Below, piece by piece: positions 28,959 to 42,335 of a DNA stretch of 64,000 nt. This DNA is from Lama glama (lineage: Eukaryota): NCBI GenBank assembly GCA_028534125.1, contig CM052818.1, forward strand, positions 4,962,001 through 5,026,000, given 5' to 3'. The translations under genes were made by a program, and so were the position numbers. The notes beneath the pieces are model-generated. The model searched no databases, was not told where the DNA came from, and worked only from the letters and a program-made list of their open reading frames with translations. Positions within the stretch are counted from its first letter, which is position 1. Each line of letters opens with the position of its first letter.

Positions 28959-29542
28959 TGAAGGAGGATTAATAAAATGGCCGCACTTAGGCTAACAGAT
29001 TGCTTGTTCTTATGCCTGCCCTTAAAACGGTCAACTGACCTGACTGACCGGTTGCTACTCACAGCTCCAGGCCTGTTGTTAAAATAAAGCTATTGATTTT
29101 ACTGTTTCTGCTTTATTCCAGTAATTGAAAATACTAATCATACCTGTTTTTTGAGTTGTTCTCCAGAGAGAAGGTTACAAAACTGTAACCTTACAAAGTA
29201 GGCTAAATACCAAGAAGACCACGCCTTGGGCTCTTCCGAGATAAAGAGATTGAAAAAGTGACAACTACTAGCTTCTATAGAATTGGTCTCCTGGAGGCAT
29301 CATGACAACGCTCTAAGTCTTATGACAAGAAAATGATTCTGTTGCTTGTTTATTGTTTGGGCCATGGTTAATCACCCCACCCCATCCCCAAGGTGGGTTC
29401 ACAGTGTTGAAGGCACCAGCCTGCTGGGAGTCTCCTTTGCCTAGCGAAGTAATAGAGCTGCCTCTTTTCTTCTAAGCTTCCAGACCCTTTCTCTGAGTTT
29501 CAATTTGGGTCCTCTGGGAAGGGGGCCCATCTTTCGGCACCA
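28959..29542 (+). mobile_element. Solo ERV1-type LTR (584 bp) with 4-bp TSD ggct
   Basis: TG...CA termini; ggct at 28955-28958 and 29543-29546; same family as 57078-57630; inserted into an older L1. Confidence 0.85.
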
Positions 29543-29549
29543 GGCTGAT

Positions 29550-30360
29550 TGAAAGGAGTGTAAATTGAGATCTGAGCTGCTACCCACCACAGGCAAGCAA
29601 GAGGTGGCTGTTTGAGTCTAACCAAACTGCCTGCCTGCAAAAACAAAATCATCAAGGGTCTTCAGAGTAATATAACCAAATTTAGAGTCTCTACAGCATA
29701 ACCAACACAATTTTCAGGTACAATCCAAAATTATCTGACATGTAAAGAGTAGGGACATGTAACTTAATCTCTAGGGAAAAGGTAATCTGCAGAAGCCAAT
29801 TCTAAGATGGTCAACATGGTAGAATAATCAGACAAGGATTTTAAAGCAGCTATTAAAATTATGTTCGATGATATAAATAAAATGTGCTTGCAGTGAATAA
29901 AATGATACAAAAATTGGCAGAGAAACTGTTTTTTTTTTAAAAAGAAACAAATGAGTTTTAGAACCAAAAAGTGCAGTATCTGAAAATTTAAAAAATTTAT
30001 ATGAGGGGTTAAATAGCTACATGAAGATGAGAGTGAAAAAATTCAGTTAACTTAAAGCTAGAGCAATAAAAAACAGTCATTCTGAAGAAGAGAGAGGAAG
30101 AAGAGGTGGAAATAAAGTATAAAGAACCTCAGGTATTTGTAGAACAATATCAAAAGAGTAATTGGAGTTCCAGAAGGAAAGGAGAGTAACAAGAGAATGG
30201 GAAAAAGATTATGAAGAAATAATGACCAAAAACTTTCCAAATTTGCCGAAAGACAAAAATTTACTATCTAAGCACCTCAGTAAATCTGAAACAAGATACA
30301 CATGAAGAAAACCAAGACCAGAGATACCACAGTCAAACTGCTGAAGACCAAAGTCAAAAT
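29550..30360 (+). mobile_element. Old L1 5'/ORF1 fragment
   Basis: attggagttccagaaggaaaggaga...gaagaaataatgaccaaaaactttccaaattt resembles L1 ORF1 (IGVPEG...EEIMxxNFPN). Confidence 0.75.
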
Positions 30361-30829
30361 ACCCTCCAACCGTTTTGACCACGTTAAGTTCCCAATAAAT
30401 GTTTGTTGATTTTAAAAATAAATAATGCTGAAAATAGAATTCTGGAAACCTTTGTTATCTTGAGTTTTTATTACATATTTATGTATGTATAGGTATATAT
30501 AGGAAATTTTATTAAAGGATGCCAATAGAATTGTTATGAAAAATTGAGGAAAAATTTTTAGTCATGGGTTTACTAAAATTAGTAATGTGTTAAACTATAC
30601 AGAAGTAAAAAGAAACCCACAAAAGATATTTTTATTTTAGATAGTATTTTAGAACATAGAAGTTATATTCCAGGCTTTTGAATATAGTCAAATTATTTAT
30701 ATTATTTATTGCATATTTTAGTTAAATATATGTTTAAATAGACTCTTCAGAATCTTATATACAAGCAATTTTTAAATTTCCTAAAGCTAAACAGAAAAGA
30801 GATTCAGACCAACAACATGGTCTAGTGCA

Positions 30830-31190
30830 AAATTAAGCAGGATGAGATTGGGGAGGTCTGGGTTCTAGTACTGATTCTAGCCTTGAACATAACCTTGACT
30901 GAGTCGCTTAATCCCTTCTGAGTCTCTGTTTCCTCATATATAAGATGTGGTGTCACATTTTCCATGATAAATAACAGAGTACTAGAGAGAGAGTGAACAC
31001 TTGCGCCAGGCTGGTTTGAATTCTGGCTCTATCACATATAAGCAATGTGATCTTCAACTACTTAATCAGTTTATGTTCCCTTATGTTTATGTATTTCCTT
31101 ATCTACAAAATGGGACAGTATCTTTTTCATTGAATTAAATGAAACAGTGCATGTAAAATGCGTATGCCAGTGCCCAGTAAGTGTTGCCAA
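30830..31190 (+). mobile_element. Two adjacent MIR SINEs
   Basis: tctgtttcctcatatataagatg and tttccttatctacaaaatgggacagta MIR cores. Confidence 0.7.
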
Positions 31191-33984
31191 TTAGCTGTTT
31201 TTAAAAATGACCCTGAAATGTGAGGTACCAATGAAAGTACTAATTAAGTGGATAATAAATATAATTCTCCTTGTGCATATCAGAATTCTAAGGCAGGAAA
31301 ATACTAAGGGTATGCTTAAGAAGACAGAGTAAGTCAGTAATGGGAGCAGAAATAATAGCAAATTAGATTTTGTTTCATGTATTGGTGACAATTCACAAAG
31401 ATAAAATTTAAGACATTTAAACATCAGTCAATATTTTATCCACTTATTTAATTCTGATTTAAAAATACTTGGAAATATTCAAATAACTAGTTGAGCGCTT
31501 CTACCTGAATTTTTTTTTCTCTACAAACATCTTGTTAATAAGTAATAGGAATACTTCCTCAGCTTCCCACCCCTCAAAAATGTGCTTTTTAAAAATTGCT
31601 GCCAACACTTTCAACATCACAAAACGTACACTGGAAGAACTAATGAAAAAATGTAATTATTAACATAAATCTTTGCGTTTCTAAGTGCGCTATGACACAT
31701 TGTGGGGAAATTATCATTGTCAGTTGAAATTTACAGCAGCAGGTTAAGTCTGATGAATTACCTGAACAAGCACATCGGTAAAGGACATATTCCCGGGTGC
31801 TGAGACTGTCCAGATACCTAGAACTACGGTTCTCTTTCTGGAGAAGACACTGCCAAGAAATGCCATTTCAACAGTTTTGGCAATAATTACAGCCTAGAGA
31901 TATGGAGTTTCTCTTTAACAGGAGCTTAGAGCTCTGTGTCCCCAGGGCTTACATTTCCCTTTTTCTCTGAGTACTGGGATATAGAGACAATGATTTGTGT
32001 GATTCATATCTTAAAGCTATAAAATGTGTATTAAAATGTATATTTTCCCCCTAAATTTAATATTCTTTACTCAAATATTACACATATTTTCCTAGATCCT
32101 TTACTTCCTCTCCCTGAATGTATTTTAAATACTGCTTGATAAAAACAAAAACAATGTTAGGGAGTCAGGCAAGTAATTAGGTAGTATTTTTAAGACTAAA
32201 TTCCATTTTTAAATATTCCTAAATGTCTTATCATCTGAAGACACCCCCCTTTTTAACCTCATTTTCAATGTTCCCCCCTTAGAATTCTTTCTTTCATGTC
32301 TTTTGGGAGCTGAAATTGCAGTAAACCACAAAGAAATCTGAGCTAACTGAAAAGCGTCAAGGCGTTTTCTGCATCTGTCTCACGCTGTCCTACAGAGCAT
32401 ACGCTCAGACTTGGAGATGTAATCAATGGTCCAGGATATCTTGAGCACTTAAACAATGTTGTCTATGTCTGCGTTTAGCAGGGAGTACTAAATTCTTCAT
32501 ACTAAAGAAGGAAATGTTTTCTATTAGACAGTTAAAATTTTCATCCTTTTAATATAATGGTCCAGTTGTATTAAAAAGAACAGAGAAGGCCTATCCAATA
32601 CCATAAACAAATCACAGTAAAAAGGATGGATGGATTTTAAAAGAAGAATAATGGTGACTGTGGAAAATATGAAACAGAAAATAATTACTGTAGAAAGAGC
32701 ATGAAATTTGGAGTCGGCCTGAACTGGTCTTAAAACTGATGGTAGTTCAGGAAGTAAAACTGAGCCTGTCTCTTTGTCTCTGACCTGGGAATAATGCCAC
32801 TGTGCAGTTGTGACAATTAAATGACATTAAGCTTGTGAAGTACACAGCAAAAGTATCTGACAAACAGTAATTACTCAAATGTTCCCCACTCTCGCCAATG
32901 TATGGAGTCTGCCTTCTGTACTTAGCACACTAATACTTGCGATTGATGTTGGTTGCACCCGGGGTGCTCCATCTGGAAGGACTTAACATTGCAAGAGGGT
33001 TCAGGGAGGTAAAAAAGGACGTAAAAATATTAGAAAGCAGAACTGCCTATGGGTAAAAAATTATGGAGTTAGACTTCTTACTAAAGAAAGGATTAGAGGT
33101 GCGGATTTAGTCAATCATCAGACAGTCACAAAAAGCATATTTGAAAGCTTCATGTTAGCTGTTGGGAACCTCCAGGATCTCTGAGGGTTCCCCTTCTCGA
33201 AATGCAGATTGAAGACAGTAATGAGAAAAAGGATTAATCCTTCACTCACCATCAGTTTGGTCCAAATATAAGCTATGGTATCAAGTAAACAAAGACGTTC
33301 TAGAGTTCTCCCACTATGCGACAGAGAATGACAGTCCAGGTAAGCTGGCAATTCCCCTCAGAAGGGAAGTTTGGGTGGGAGCTATAAAGCAACAGACTCT
33401 GGGGCTGTCCTCAAAAACAATGAGCTGAGCACAGAGGTCTCTCACATGTGAAAACATTTAATAACAACAGACAAAAAGAGTAAAGCCTATTAGATTTCAT
33501 TACTGGTACTACTCAAGTACCAGAGCAAGAAAATAAGTACTTAGGATTTTGTTTTTGACTCACATTCCCAAAGTTCATTTCCTACCTCTTCTTGACTTTT
33601 TTCTGTTCATAAGTGTTCCTTTCCATTGCCAGATTTGCATCACTATTTAGGAAATACTATATATAACTATTTCAAAACTCCTTAGTAATGTAAAAATGCA
33701 AAATTAGCCTGATACATTAAAAAACATAAAAATTGACCTAGCGGCTGCCTTTGTTGGAAAGAAACAATTTTCTCAACCCCTCGCAGCCATTCTAATGTGT
33801 TTGAGATGCATTCTTCAGTGTTCTTTTAAACAGGTACTATGTACATATCTTTTTAATGGATCCATGAAGTATCATGTAATAGGTCTTCATCTACTCCCCC
33901 CACCTCCTGGAACCAGTAATGCCTCTTCATGTTTCTGAATGTAATTCTGGTCTGTTCCTTCCAACAGTGGCATGGTGTACTCTA

Positions 33985-34885
33985 GCAGTGGTTCTCAAAG
34001 TGTGGTCTTCGGAACCCATGGGATCCCCAAGAGACCTTTCCAGAGTGTCTGTGAAGTCAACATTTTTTTTTCATAATAGAACGAATACACTACTTCCTCT
34101 TTCACAGTATTTACATTTAGACTAGTGGTTCAAAGGCAAAGGTGGGTTAGCACCATAGTAGAAATCAAAAAAGTAGCAACAAAATGTGTTAGTAGTCGTT
34201 GTATCTGTCCCTGCCACACACTTGCAGTTAAAAACAAAAGGCCCTTCACTTAATGCCCAAGAGGAAGCACTAATCATTAGTTTTATCAAATTTCAACTCG
34301 AGTGTATGTATTTTTAACATTCTGTGAGACCGACCAAATGGCGAGCACACAGGAAGCCCTGCGGCCACATATCCGTGTGTAATATGGCCTCAACTAATAG
34401 TCCAGCCTGGATGAGTTGCTTTTTCACAAGGAAAACCATTTTCACTAGAAAGAATGACAAAGTCTCGTTATTCAGACTTAAGTATTTGGCAGACTCTGTC
34501 TTAAAACAGAACAAAGTTAGTCTGTTACTTCAAGGAAAACAATGGACATTATTTTTTGTTGTCAATGACAAAGTTCAAGCTTTCAAGCGAAATTTAGAAT
34601 CTTGGAAAACTTGTATCAGCCATCATGAGCTTGACAGCTTTTCAACACATGAAAGACATTTCTTGAGATGAGTGATGACGGAACAGAAAGGTGAGTGTAT
34701 AAAGATGTGCCAGCTCTTTGAAGATCTGCAGGTCTCAGTGAGCTGGCATTTTCCAGATGACCACTGCATGACATATTACACATATGTAAACAATCTATTC
34801 AAAGTATTGTTCAGACCAATTGATTATAATATACCAGAGTACAGAAAATTCATTGATTTGGATTCAGATTCTACACCGCAACTCA
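33985..34885 (+). mobile_element. hAT-Charlie1-like DNA transposon with degenerate transposase (5' part)
   Basis: Terminal cagtggttctcaaagtgtggtc; ORF 34324-34671 contains LKYLAD...NKVSLLLQGK...DKVQAFKRNLESWK, typical of Charlie/Buster transposases. Confidence 0.8.
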
Positions 34886-35289
34886 TTTATTATTTCCACT
34901 TTTCCTATTGTGGTAAATTATACATAAAATGTATCATCTGAATCATTTTTAGTGGTAAGTCCGGTGGTATCAAATGTATTCATATTGTGCAGCCAATTAA
35001 AGATATGCAGATCGTGATCTGCTGAATGAGGAAGCACAAGCCACTCACACACGGGAGCAGGCAGGTAGCTCCATCAGCATCCCAGCTCCCGCTCTGGGGA
35101 AGCGAAAGCCCCACAGTCCTTTTGCTTGAAGGTGCAGTTTCAATATTCACACAAGATTTATTACTTACAGATTTCAGAAATGGGGGAGGGATGGGGAGAG
35201 TGCAGTGAGCCAGGGGAAGGGCAGTCCTCCGTCCCAGGTTCCAAGCATGCAGGAGACGGAGAACAGATAACATACACTGGTAATGATGT

Positions 35290-36495
35290 GGCTTGGTAGT
35301 TTTTCTTCGCTATTTCTCATGCCTGGAGTTCACTGAATTCTATTTGTGGGTTAATAGTTTTCATAAAGTTTGGAATTTTTTAGGCCATTATTTATTCAAA
35401 CACTTCGTATACACTCCACCCTTCCCTCCTTCAGGGACTTTAACTAACCACATACCAGGATATGAGAAGTTGTTCCACAATTCACTGATTTTCTTTTCAT
35501 CTGTTTTTTTCCCTCCACATTTCATTTTGGATGATGCCTATTGATCTGTCAAGTTCGCTAGTCCCTTCTTCTGCAATGTCTTAACTTGTCATTTATCCCA
35601 TCCAGTGTATTTTTCACCTCAGAAATTAGTTTTCATCTCTACAAGTTTGGTCTTTTTAATACCCACCATGTTTCTAAACATTTTGAACACACATAATTAA
35701 GTTTTAACTTTTAACATCCTCATCCTTTAACATCTATAAAAGACCTAGGTTGGTTTCCACTGATGATTCTTTTTATGGGCCTGTTTTCTTGCTTCTTTGC
35801 ATGCCTACTGACCTTTAATTAGATGACAGCCACTATGAATTTTCTTTGGGCATTTGTGTTTTTCTATGAACATGTCTGAGCTTTGTTCTGGGATGAGCTG
35901 TGTTACTTGAGATGGTCTGGTCCTCTTCAGTCTTACTTTTACGACTTGCTGGGGAGAGCCAGAGGAGTGACGTCGAGGGCTAATTACTCCCCATCATGAA
36001 GGCAAGTGCTACCCAGTGACCCGCGGCTGGTGTGAACAGGCCTTGTGACTGGGCCCACGAGAGCCCTCCAGTCGTCTCAGATGGTTCTCCTGCCTGCTCC
36101 CTCACATCCACGTGCTGAGCAGGACTGTGTTGAATTCTCAAGGGGGACTATCTCAGATCACTGGAGTTCTGTGTTCTCTCCTTACTGGCTCTCTGTCCCA
36201 TGAACTCTAGCTATCTCGGTCTTCCTAAACTCTCATCTCCATTTCCTCAACTCTGGGAGCCTTCCTGAGCAACCCCCTTCCTGCTCCCCCTCCTCGCCTC
36301 TTGGCCTGCAGTTTCCCTCAAGGCAGCAAGCTGGTGTGACTGCAGGGCTCCATTTCTTTGTTTCCCAATTTTCCTCATTGTTTGAGGCCCAGTGTCTTGA
36401 AATCCACTTTTCCATGCAGTTTGGCTGTTTATTTGGTTGTTGCAGCAGGAAGGAACATGCGTCCCTTGTTTTCTATCATGGCTAGAAACAGAAAT
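35290..36495 (-). mobile_element. Old L1 5'/ORF1 fragment nested in the Charlie element
   Basis: Reverse L1 ORF1 phrases (aaagtttggaattttttaggccattatttattcaaa; atcccatccagtgtatttttcacctcaga). Confidence 0.65.
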
Positions 36496-36509
36496 AGAAA
36501 TTATAGCTA

Positions 36510-36700
36510 ATCTTTTAAGAAACTGCCACTTCTTGAGTTTTTGTGTAACAATCACCTGAAAAGAATATTACAGGGCTTCTCTACCCAACTACGTACCTGT
36601 GTGATCTGGACTTTGCTCATACATCGATTGTAACAATGTACTGTAACAAATTAAACTGCAGAATACTACTATTCTATATACTGTGCATCTAACCAGAAAC
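36510..36700 (+). mobile_element. Charlie1-like continuation
   Basis: aagaaactgccacttcttgagtttttgtgta...ccaactacgtacctgtgtga resembles the hAT dimerisation region (TTYLCE). Confidence 0.65.
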
Positions 36701-38804
36701 CTTCATTTTACTACTTGGATCGGAGTTTTACTAGAAGCTTGCGGTATGCCATTACATCTTAGACTAGGCAATTAAGTTTTCCCTGCAAGATTTAAAACCA
36801 GAACACCCAGAAGTTACTGAAATAGTGAAGTAAAATAAAGACATTTAAGTATATTTTAAATAGCTACATATTTTATGTATTTTTCTATTCTTTTAATAAT
36901 TGCATGAAAAAAAGTGACTTCTATGTGGATCATATAATCGATGCCCACCCACCCACTCACACCTCAAGTACAGGAGTCATCTGTAACAGCAACTGGGATT
37001 GGGGCAAAATCCCCTTGCGCTATAAAAGTTGAACTATAGACATTCTAGTGAGTTTTATGGCACACATGCCTGAAATGCTGTTAATTCTTTCCCCTACATA
37101 CAGATAATTTCACTGTTTTTTTATGAAGTTTCCATGAATGACAGTACACTCAGTGGTTAAGGTCCTATTTGGAAGCTCACTGAGTTCCAACACCTTTCTA
37201 ATTGTGTGACCTTGAGAAAGTCATTTGATAAGCTTACTTCAGTTTCCCTATTTGTAAAATGGTGGTGAAAGCGTTATTTATATGCTTGTTAGTTCAATGC
37301 AAATTTCCTAAAACCATGCATGGTAGTAAATAAAATATTTAGCAATTATTGTATAAGTTGAGCAATTATGATTTCTTTTCAACTCTGATGGCCTTAGTCA
37401 ATGGACTTTAAAAGCACACACGAAGAAATCCACCCCTGTATGTACTTTTTTATGAATTCTAAGGGAAGTCATAAAGACACAAATTTGTTGTTTTGTGTTT
37501 TGAGTCCCATGAGTGATTCTGATCACATCTGAGCAAGAATTGGGCACTTACATTAATCAGGGTTAGGCTAAATTTAAATTGTTTCTAGAAACATCTTCCA
37601 ATCCTGAAGTTCAGGGAATCAGAGTCAAAATCAGAGTCAAGTGGAGGAAAGCAGAATCTCTGCCACCAGAATCTGTTTAAATGCATCAGACACTTACTTC
37701 ATAAGTAACCACTGAATACCAATACTGGACTGACAGAGACAAGTAAGGTACCTCTGTTCTCAGGAAACTAAAAACCAAAAAACAGAGTATAATGATATAA
37801 GCAGTGCTTCCCAGGGTGTGTGTGTGGAACATGCATGCACACCACTGTCTGTAATAAGCAACCCAAGTTCTCCCGGGGCCAGAGCTGCCTGTCTGCAGCA
37901 AGAAAGAGCGCTAATGGACAGAACCCACTCTGCACACGTCCCTGCAGTAAAGGCATTATTACTAGCATCCATTTTCCTGCAGCCAACCTGAGATGCACAA
38001 ACAGCGGCAGAGCCTGAGCTGGAATACAACCGCCAGGCTGACCAGCTGCCTCTTCCCTGTGCGAAAACAGATTCCCTAGAGACGGGAAAAAGCCAAGCTA
38101 GAGAAACGATCTGTGCAGTCCTCTGTGAGCTCATTAATGGGTCCCTCGATTCCCACTACTTCCAACAACAGCTGAGGAAGAGGGATCAGGACAGGACAGG
38201 AGAGTGGGAGGAGCAGGCTCAGGTTCAGATGTGCTGGGCCACTCTTCCACCCACAGCCGTAAGGACTATGAAGTCTCCCGAAAGAGAAAAGGGGTCGCTT
38301 TAAGAACACTGTTAAGTGAACAGCGTGACAGGCTACACCGAGAGCATGGCAACATGATGAAAGAGATGCAAAACGAGAAGTTGCAGAAATACCACTAGCA
38401 GACATATACAACCAAGTAACATACAGGGTATTATAGAACTGAGGGTAAGTACCACAATGACGAGAGACAAGAAATCCAGTAAGGATGATCAGGCACAAGT
38501 GCCGAAGAAACTCAAACTTACTGAGTCGTAATGGCTGGCCTGAACAGGCTAACGTCGCTCCAGAGGAACCAAGAGGAAGGCCGGGAGGAGCTTAAGCAGA
38601 AGCAGAGATACCCACAGGCTAGTAAGAACGGTGAAGCCACTTCAGAAAAAGATAAAGGTTCTCAGCTCTTCGTTTTCTTACATAAAAACTGTATTTATTC
38701 TCTATTCTTAAGCAAATAAAAAACATTACCTAGTGTATGTTACTCTACCGTATATATGAAAATACAACTTTCAGAACAGTATGTCTCTTGTAGCAGTATC
38801 TTAT

Positions 38805-38928
38805 TTTTTTAATGGGGGGAGGTACTCAGGCTTGTGTTTATTTATTTATTTAACGGAGGTACTGGGGACTGAACCCAGGACCTCACGCATGCTAAGCACG
38901 CACTCTGCCACTGAGCTATACCCTCCCC
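38805..38928 (-). mobile_element. tRNA-derived SINE, camelid Vic-1-like, with 9-bp TSD
   Basis: Minus strand GGGGAGGGTATAGCTCAGTGG (A box)...GGTTCAGTCCC (B box)...(TAAA)n tail; gtatcttat at 38796-38804 and 38930-38938. Confidence 0.85.
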
Positions 38929-39725
38929 TGTATCTTATAGCAATAACTTAAACTGCACTTAATTATTTTGACATTCTAGCTCTAAGACACCTGAATAGTG
39001 GTGAACACCCTAATAGGCTCTTCACGTCTGTAATTTTGGCCAGGTCTCCTAAAGTCGTTTGGGATGAATAAAGCATCCTTACTTGTCCTTATGTCCTCAG
39101 CTTAGACTTTTTTACTTCTGGCTTAGCAAATTCCAAACAGGCAAAAAGAAAACAGAGTAATAGAGAAGAACAAATTACTGAAGTCAGTAAATTAATCAAA
39201 GAAAAATTACATAGTTCTAGGAAAACTGAAAAAAAGATTCTCATTTTTTATATCCTGGAATGGTTCAAGAAACAATGCGATGATTACTGAACAGTCCTTA
39301 ATGTGCTTTTATTTAAGTTTTATACCATAAAGTAATTAATGCTCCCACAGACATGGTATTTCATGTACTTTGAAGCAAATGGTACAATAGCCTAGGAATC
39401 CACTGGAATGAAAGAAATCATTCCAATCGCAGCACAGCTTTAACTCGCCTCATGACTTTCAGAACAATGCTATTCATTTCTTACCTAGACAACAAAGAGG
39501 CTGGACCAGATGATAACGAGTTTCTGACAGTTCTAAACATGCATGATGCTATACTACTTACACAGCCAATCCAATCTTTTTTCTAAACTCAACTTCTTAA
39601 ATCAGCATTTTTCCTAAAAACGGAGGGAAGTTTCCAAAATGCATTACATTTTAGAATTTAAAATTCACATCTATTATGGACTAGGAATTGAAAATAATAA
39701 TGTCCTTACAAATAAACCGAAGTCC

Positions 39726-39731
39726 TTTATT
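39726..39731 (-). terminator. Candidate ETAA1 polyadenylation signal AATAAA
   Basis: AATAAA on the sense strand about 450 nt after the stop; alternatives at 40042-40047 and 39308-39313; usage cannot be determined from sequence. Confidence 0.45.
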
Positions 39732-40178
39732 TCCTACCATGTTCCTAACAATATGGAAGTATTAGGATTCAGAAATGTATAAAAACCTTAAGGCACAGTT
39801 ATTGAAAGTAAACCTGTAAAAAAAAAATAGTCTAGTGTTAGGAAAAGACTTACTAAAGTAAAAATTTAAGTAGATTATTTTTGATGGTCCTCCGCAGTCA
39901 CAATATTTAAAAAATGAAACTACTTCCCTCTGTATATTTCTACTACAAAATTGTTAACTTCCCTGAATTTCCAAAACTTACACGCAATTACTTTCACATA
40001 CATCTCCAAGGAAAGGTTTCACTGGTCATTGCAAACACTGATTTATTAAATAAAGTAGAATTCCACGCTTTATAACTCAGCATTAAATTTCTCACAGAGA
40101 AACCAAGAACAAATGCTTCCTATCATAGATAGCTATCGACTGTCCTTGTTGTCTCCCCACTAACGCTTCATTAAACAA

Positions 40179-40303
40179 TCAGGTTAAGTGGGAGCTGCCT
40201 TTACAGTTGCCGCCTGTGCTTTTGGCCTTTCTTCGAAACAGTGCTTCTTGTCTTTTTCTCTGAATTTCTTCAGGAGAATACTTTCTATTTTTCTCTTCTT
40301 CCT
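40179..40303 (-). CDS. ETAA1: ETAA1 terminal coding exon 6 (125 nt including TGA), with RPA-binding motif 2
   Basis: Acceptor tttttag|; translates EEEEKNRKYSPEEIQRKRQEALFRRKAKSTGGNCKGSSHLT*. The stop would be TAA at 40184 if one A in the run at 40220-40223 is an error. Confidence 0.9.
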
Positions 40304-41998
40304 CTAAAAATGAAACAAAATATAGATGTTAGTTTTACAGACTATAAAGTCATTCTAAGTGGGTTTTAATTTTTACTTATTACCCAGGTTTGCCACACTG
40401 GTTTGGTTATTAAATCAGACTAAACTACTAACTGTAAGATGCTAAGTACAGTTCAAGTACAAGGTTCTAGCCAAAATGAAACCAAGCACTGATCAATCTG
40501 TACCTGTGTGACACTCTCTTTCCACAGTGTGACAAAATTCATTTGATTAAAAGCAAATAATTCTTGTGAACAACAGCATCTAACTTCTATATAATAAATG
40601 AATGCATTTTAAAAACAAATTGGGATTTTAAATGTTACATAAGTTGTAATAGAAAAGTAGTCAAAATATAATGAATTCGATAACAATAGCCCAAATAGTG
40701 TATTTTTGGTGTAAGATAAGCTATGTTACTATACACACCTACTTTTTTTCCTCTCTAGAGCGCCAAGATTTTTATTTCAGCCATTTAGGAAATATATCTT
40801 GGAGTAATAAAGTGAAATCTACCATGCCAACACATATGCAACTCACCATCAGATATTATACTTTTACTTGGACACACTTTTTTATAAACATCAGAAAATT
40901 ATTTCAAAAAGCAGGCTATCTGAATAAAATCTTTAATATGAATGTCTTTCAATACACAAAAATATGAAGCATTCTGATATATTCTTTTGCAACATACTTT
41001 ATACTTCAGATAAGCAGACTATAAAACAATGTGTTTTTAAATCAGACAACTGAAAATAAGAAAGTTCTATTTTAATAACAGTCAACTCTTCTCTACCAAA
41101 ATTCTGAGTTCTAATAAAATGAATTTAATTCCACAGTTAAGTCACTTTGAGCTAGAAGACTATCTATATCATGCTCCTAAGAACCAAACTTTAAAATTAG
41201 CAAACCTATTTTCTCATTTAAGTAATGTTTTAAAATTAAGACCATCATACTAATAATACATATGTAAGTGACCTGGTATTGCTAAAACTGTTTATACTGT
41301 AAAATCCACCTTTCAGAGAAGTAAGAGTCTGCAGTACTGTCAGCAGAGAAATATTATTTACACTGACACCTAGACAAAGGTTCACGATTTAGTTGTTATA
41401 AGACATTTTCCTTGTTACTAAGGCAGATATTTACCCAAGATGTACCATCTGTCTCCGCTTCCCTCCTTGGTATAGTCAGAAATGGAGAAGGTGTTCAGGG
41501 TAAGAGATATGTATCTCAAATAAACTCCCCAGATGAATCTGTTGCCTTTAATTTCCTAAACCAATTATCTCACAGACTGTAGCTATTTTTCCCCACAGAA
41601 AGATACTATGAAACTTTAAAATTAGTTTGATTAATTTATCTACTATTTTAGTCTCAAAGCTGAGAAACACAAGAAACTCAGAATACACACACACACAGTT
41701 TACATTCAGTTGACCATACGTTTGGAAGGAAAACAGGTTAATAATCCATGAGGGCAGAAAAGAACACAGATCCCTAAAACTGGCCTTACAACTGGCTTCA
41801 TGATATTCTGGAAAATAATTTCAAACGATACAATAAACTCACACCATGAAAATTCTTGTGAACAAGATTTAGGGAGAGTCACTCATTTCTCCCATCAGCC
41901 CTTCCTTTAATTCAATCTGCAATAAAAATTCACAGTAAGGTCTCAAACTATTGCAAGGTACAAAGCAAGGGTGGCTCTTCTTAATCTTTACTGTACAG

Positions 41999-42335
41999 CA
42001 GGGGGTCAGCACACTTTTTTTTTTCTGTAAAAGGCCAGAAAGTAAGTATGTTAACCTTTAAGGGTCACGTGATCTCTTGCTGCAACTGTTCAATTCTGTC
42101 ATTGCAGCATGAAAACTGCCACGGACAGTGTGTAAACAAATAACGTGGCTATGTTCAAGGAAAACTTTACAGACAGTAAAATTTGAATTCCCATACAGTT
42201 TTCAAAAGTCATGAAGTATTATTCTTCTTTTAATTTTTTTCAACCATTTAAAATGTGAAAATCATCTCAGCATGTTGGCTGTACAAAAACAGGCTATTCA
42301 GGTCCAATCTGCACAGGCCAGTTTGCCAAACCTTG
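41999..42335 (+). mobile_element. MER58-like hAT-Charlie non-autonomous element (ETAA1 intron 5)
   Basis: cagggggtcagca...tttgccaaaccttg imperfect terminal inverted repeats; internal tgtaaacaaataacgtggctatgttc. Confidence 0.75.

Noticed and set aside
38200..38720. Purine-rich ORF fragments with coiled-coil-like composition, a possible processed pseudogene
   Set aside because: Multiple stops, no parent gene recognised, no poly(A) or TSD; a BLASTX search would be needed
38855..38928. tRNA-Ala-like sequence as a real tRNA gene
   Set aside because: Has an AT-rich tail and TSD and lacks a well-paired acceptor stem; it is a SINE head
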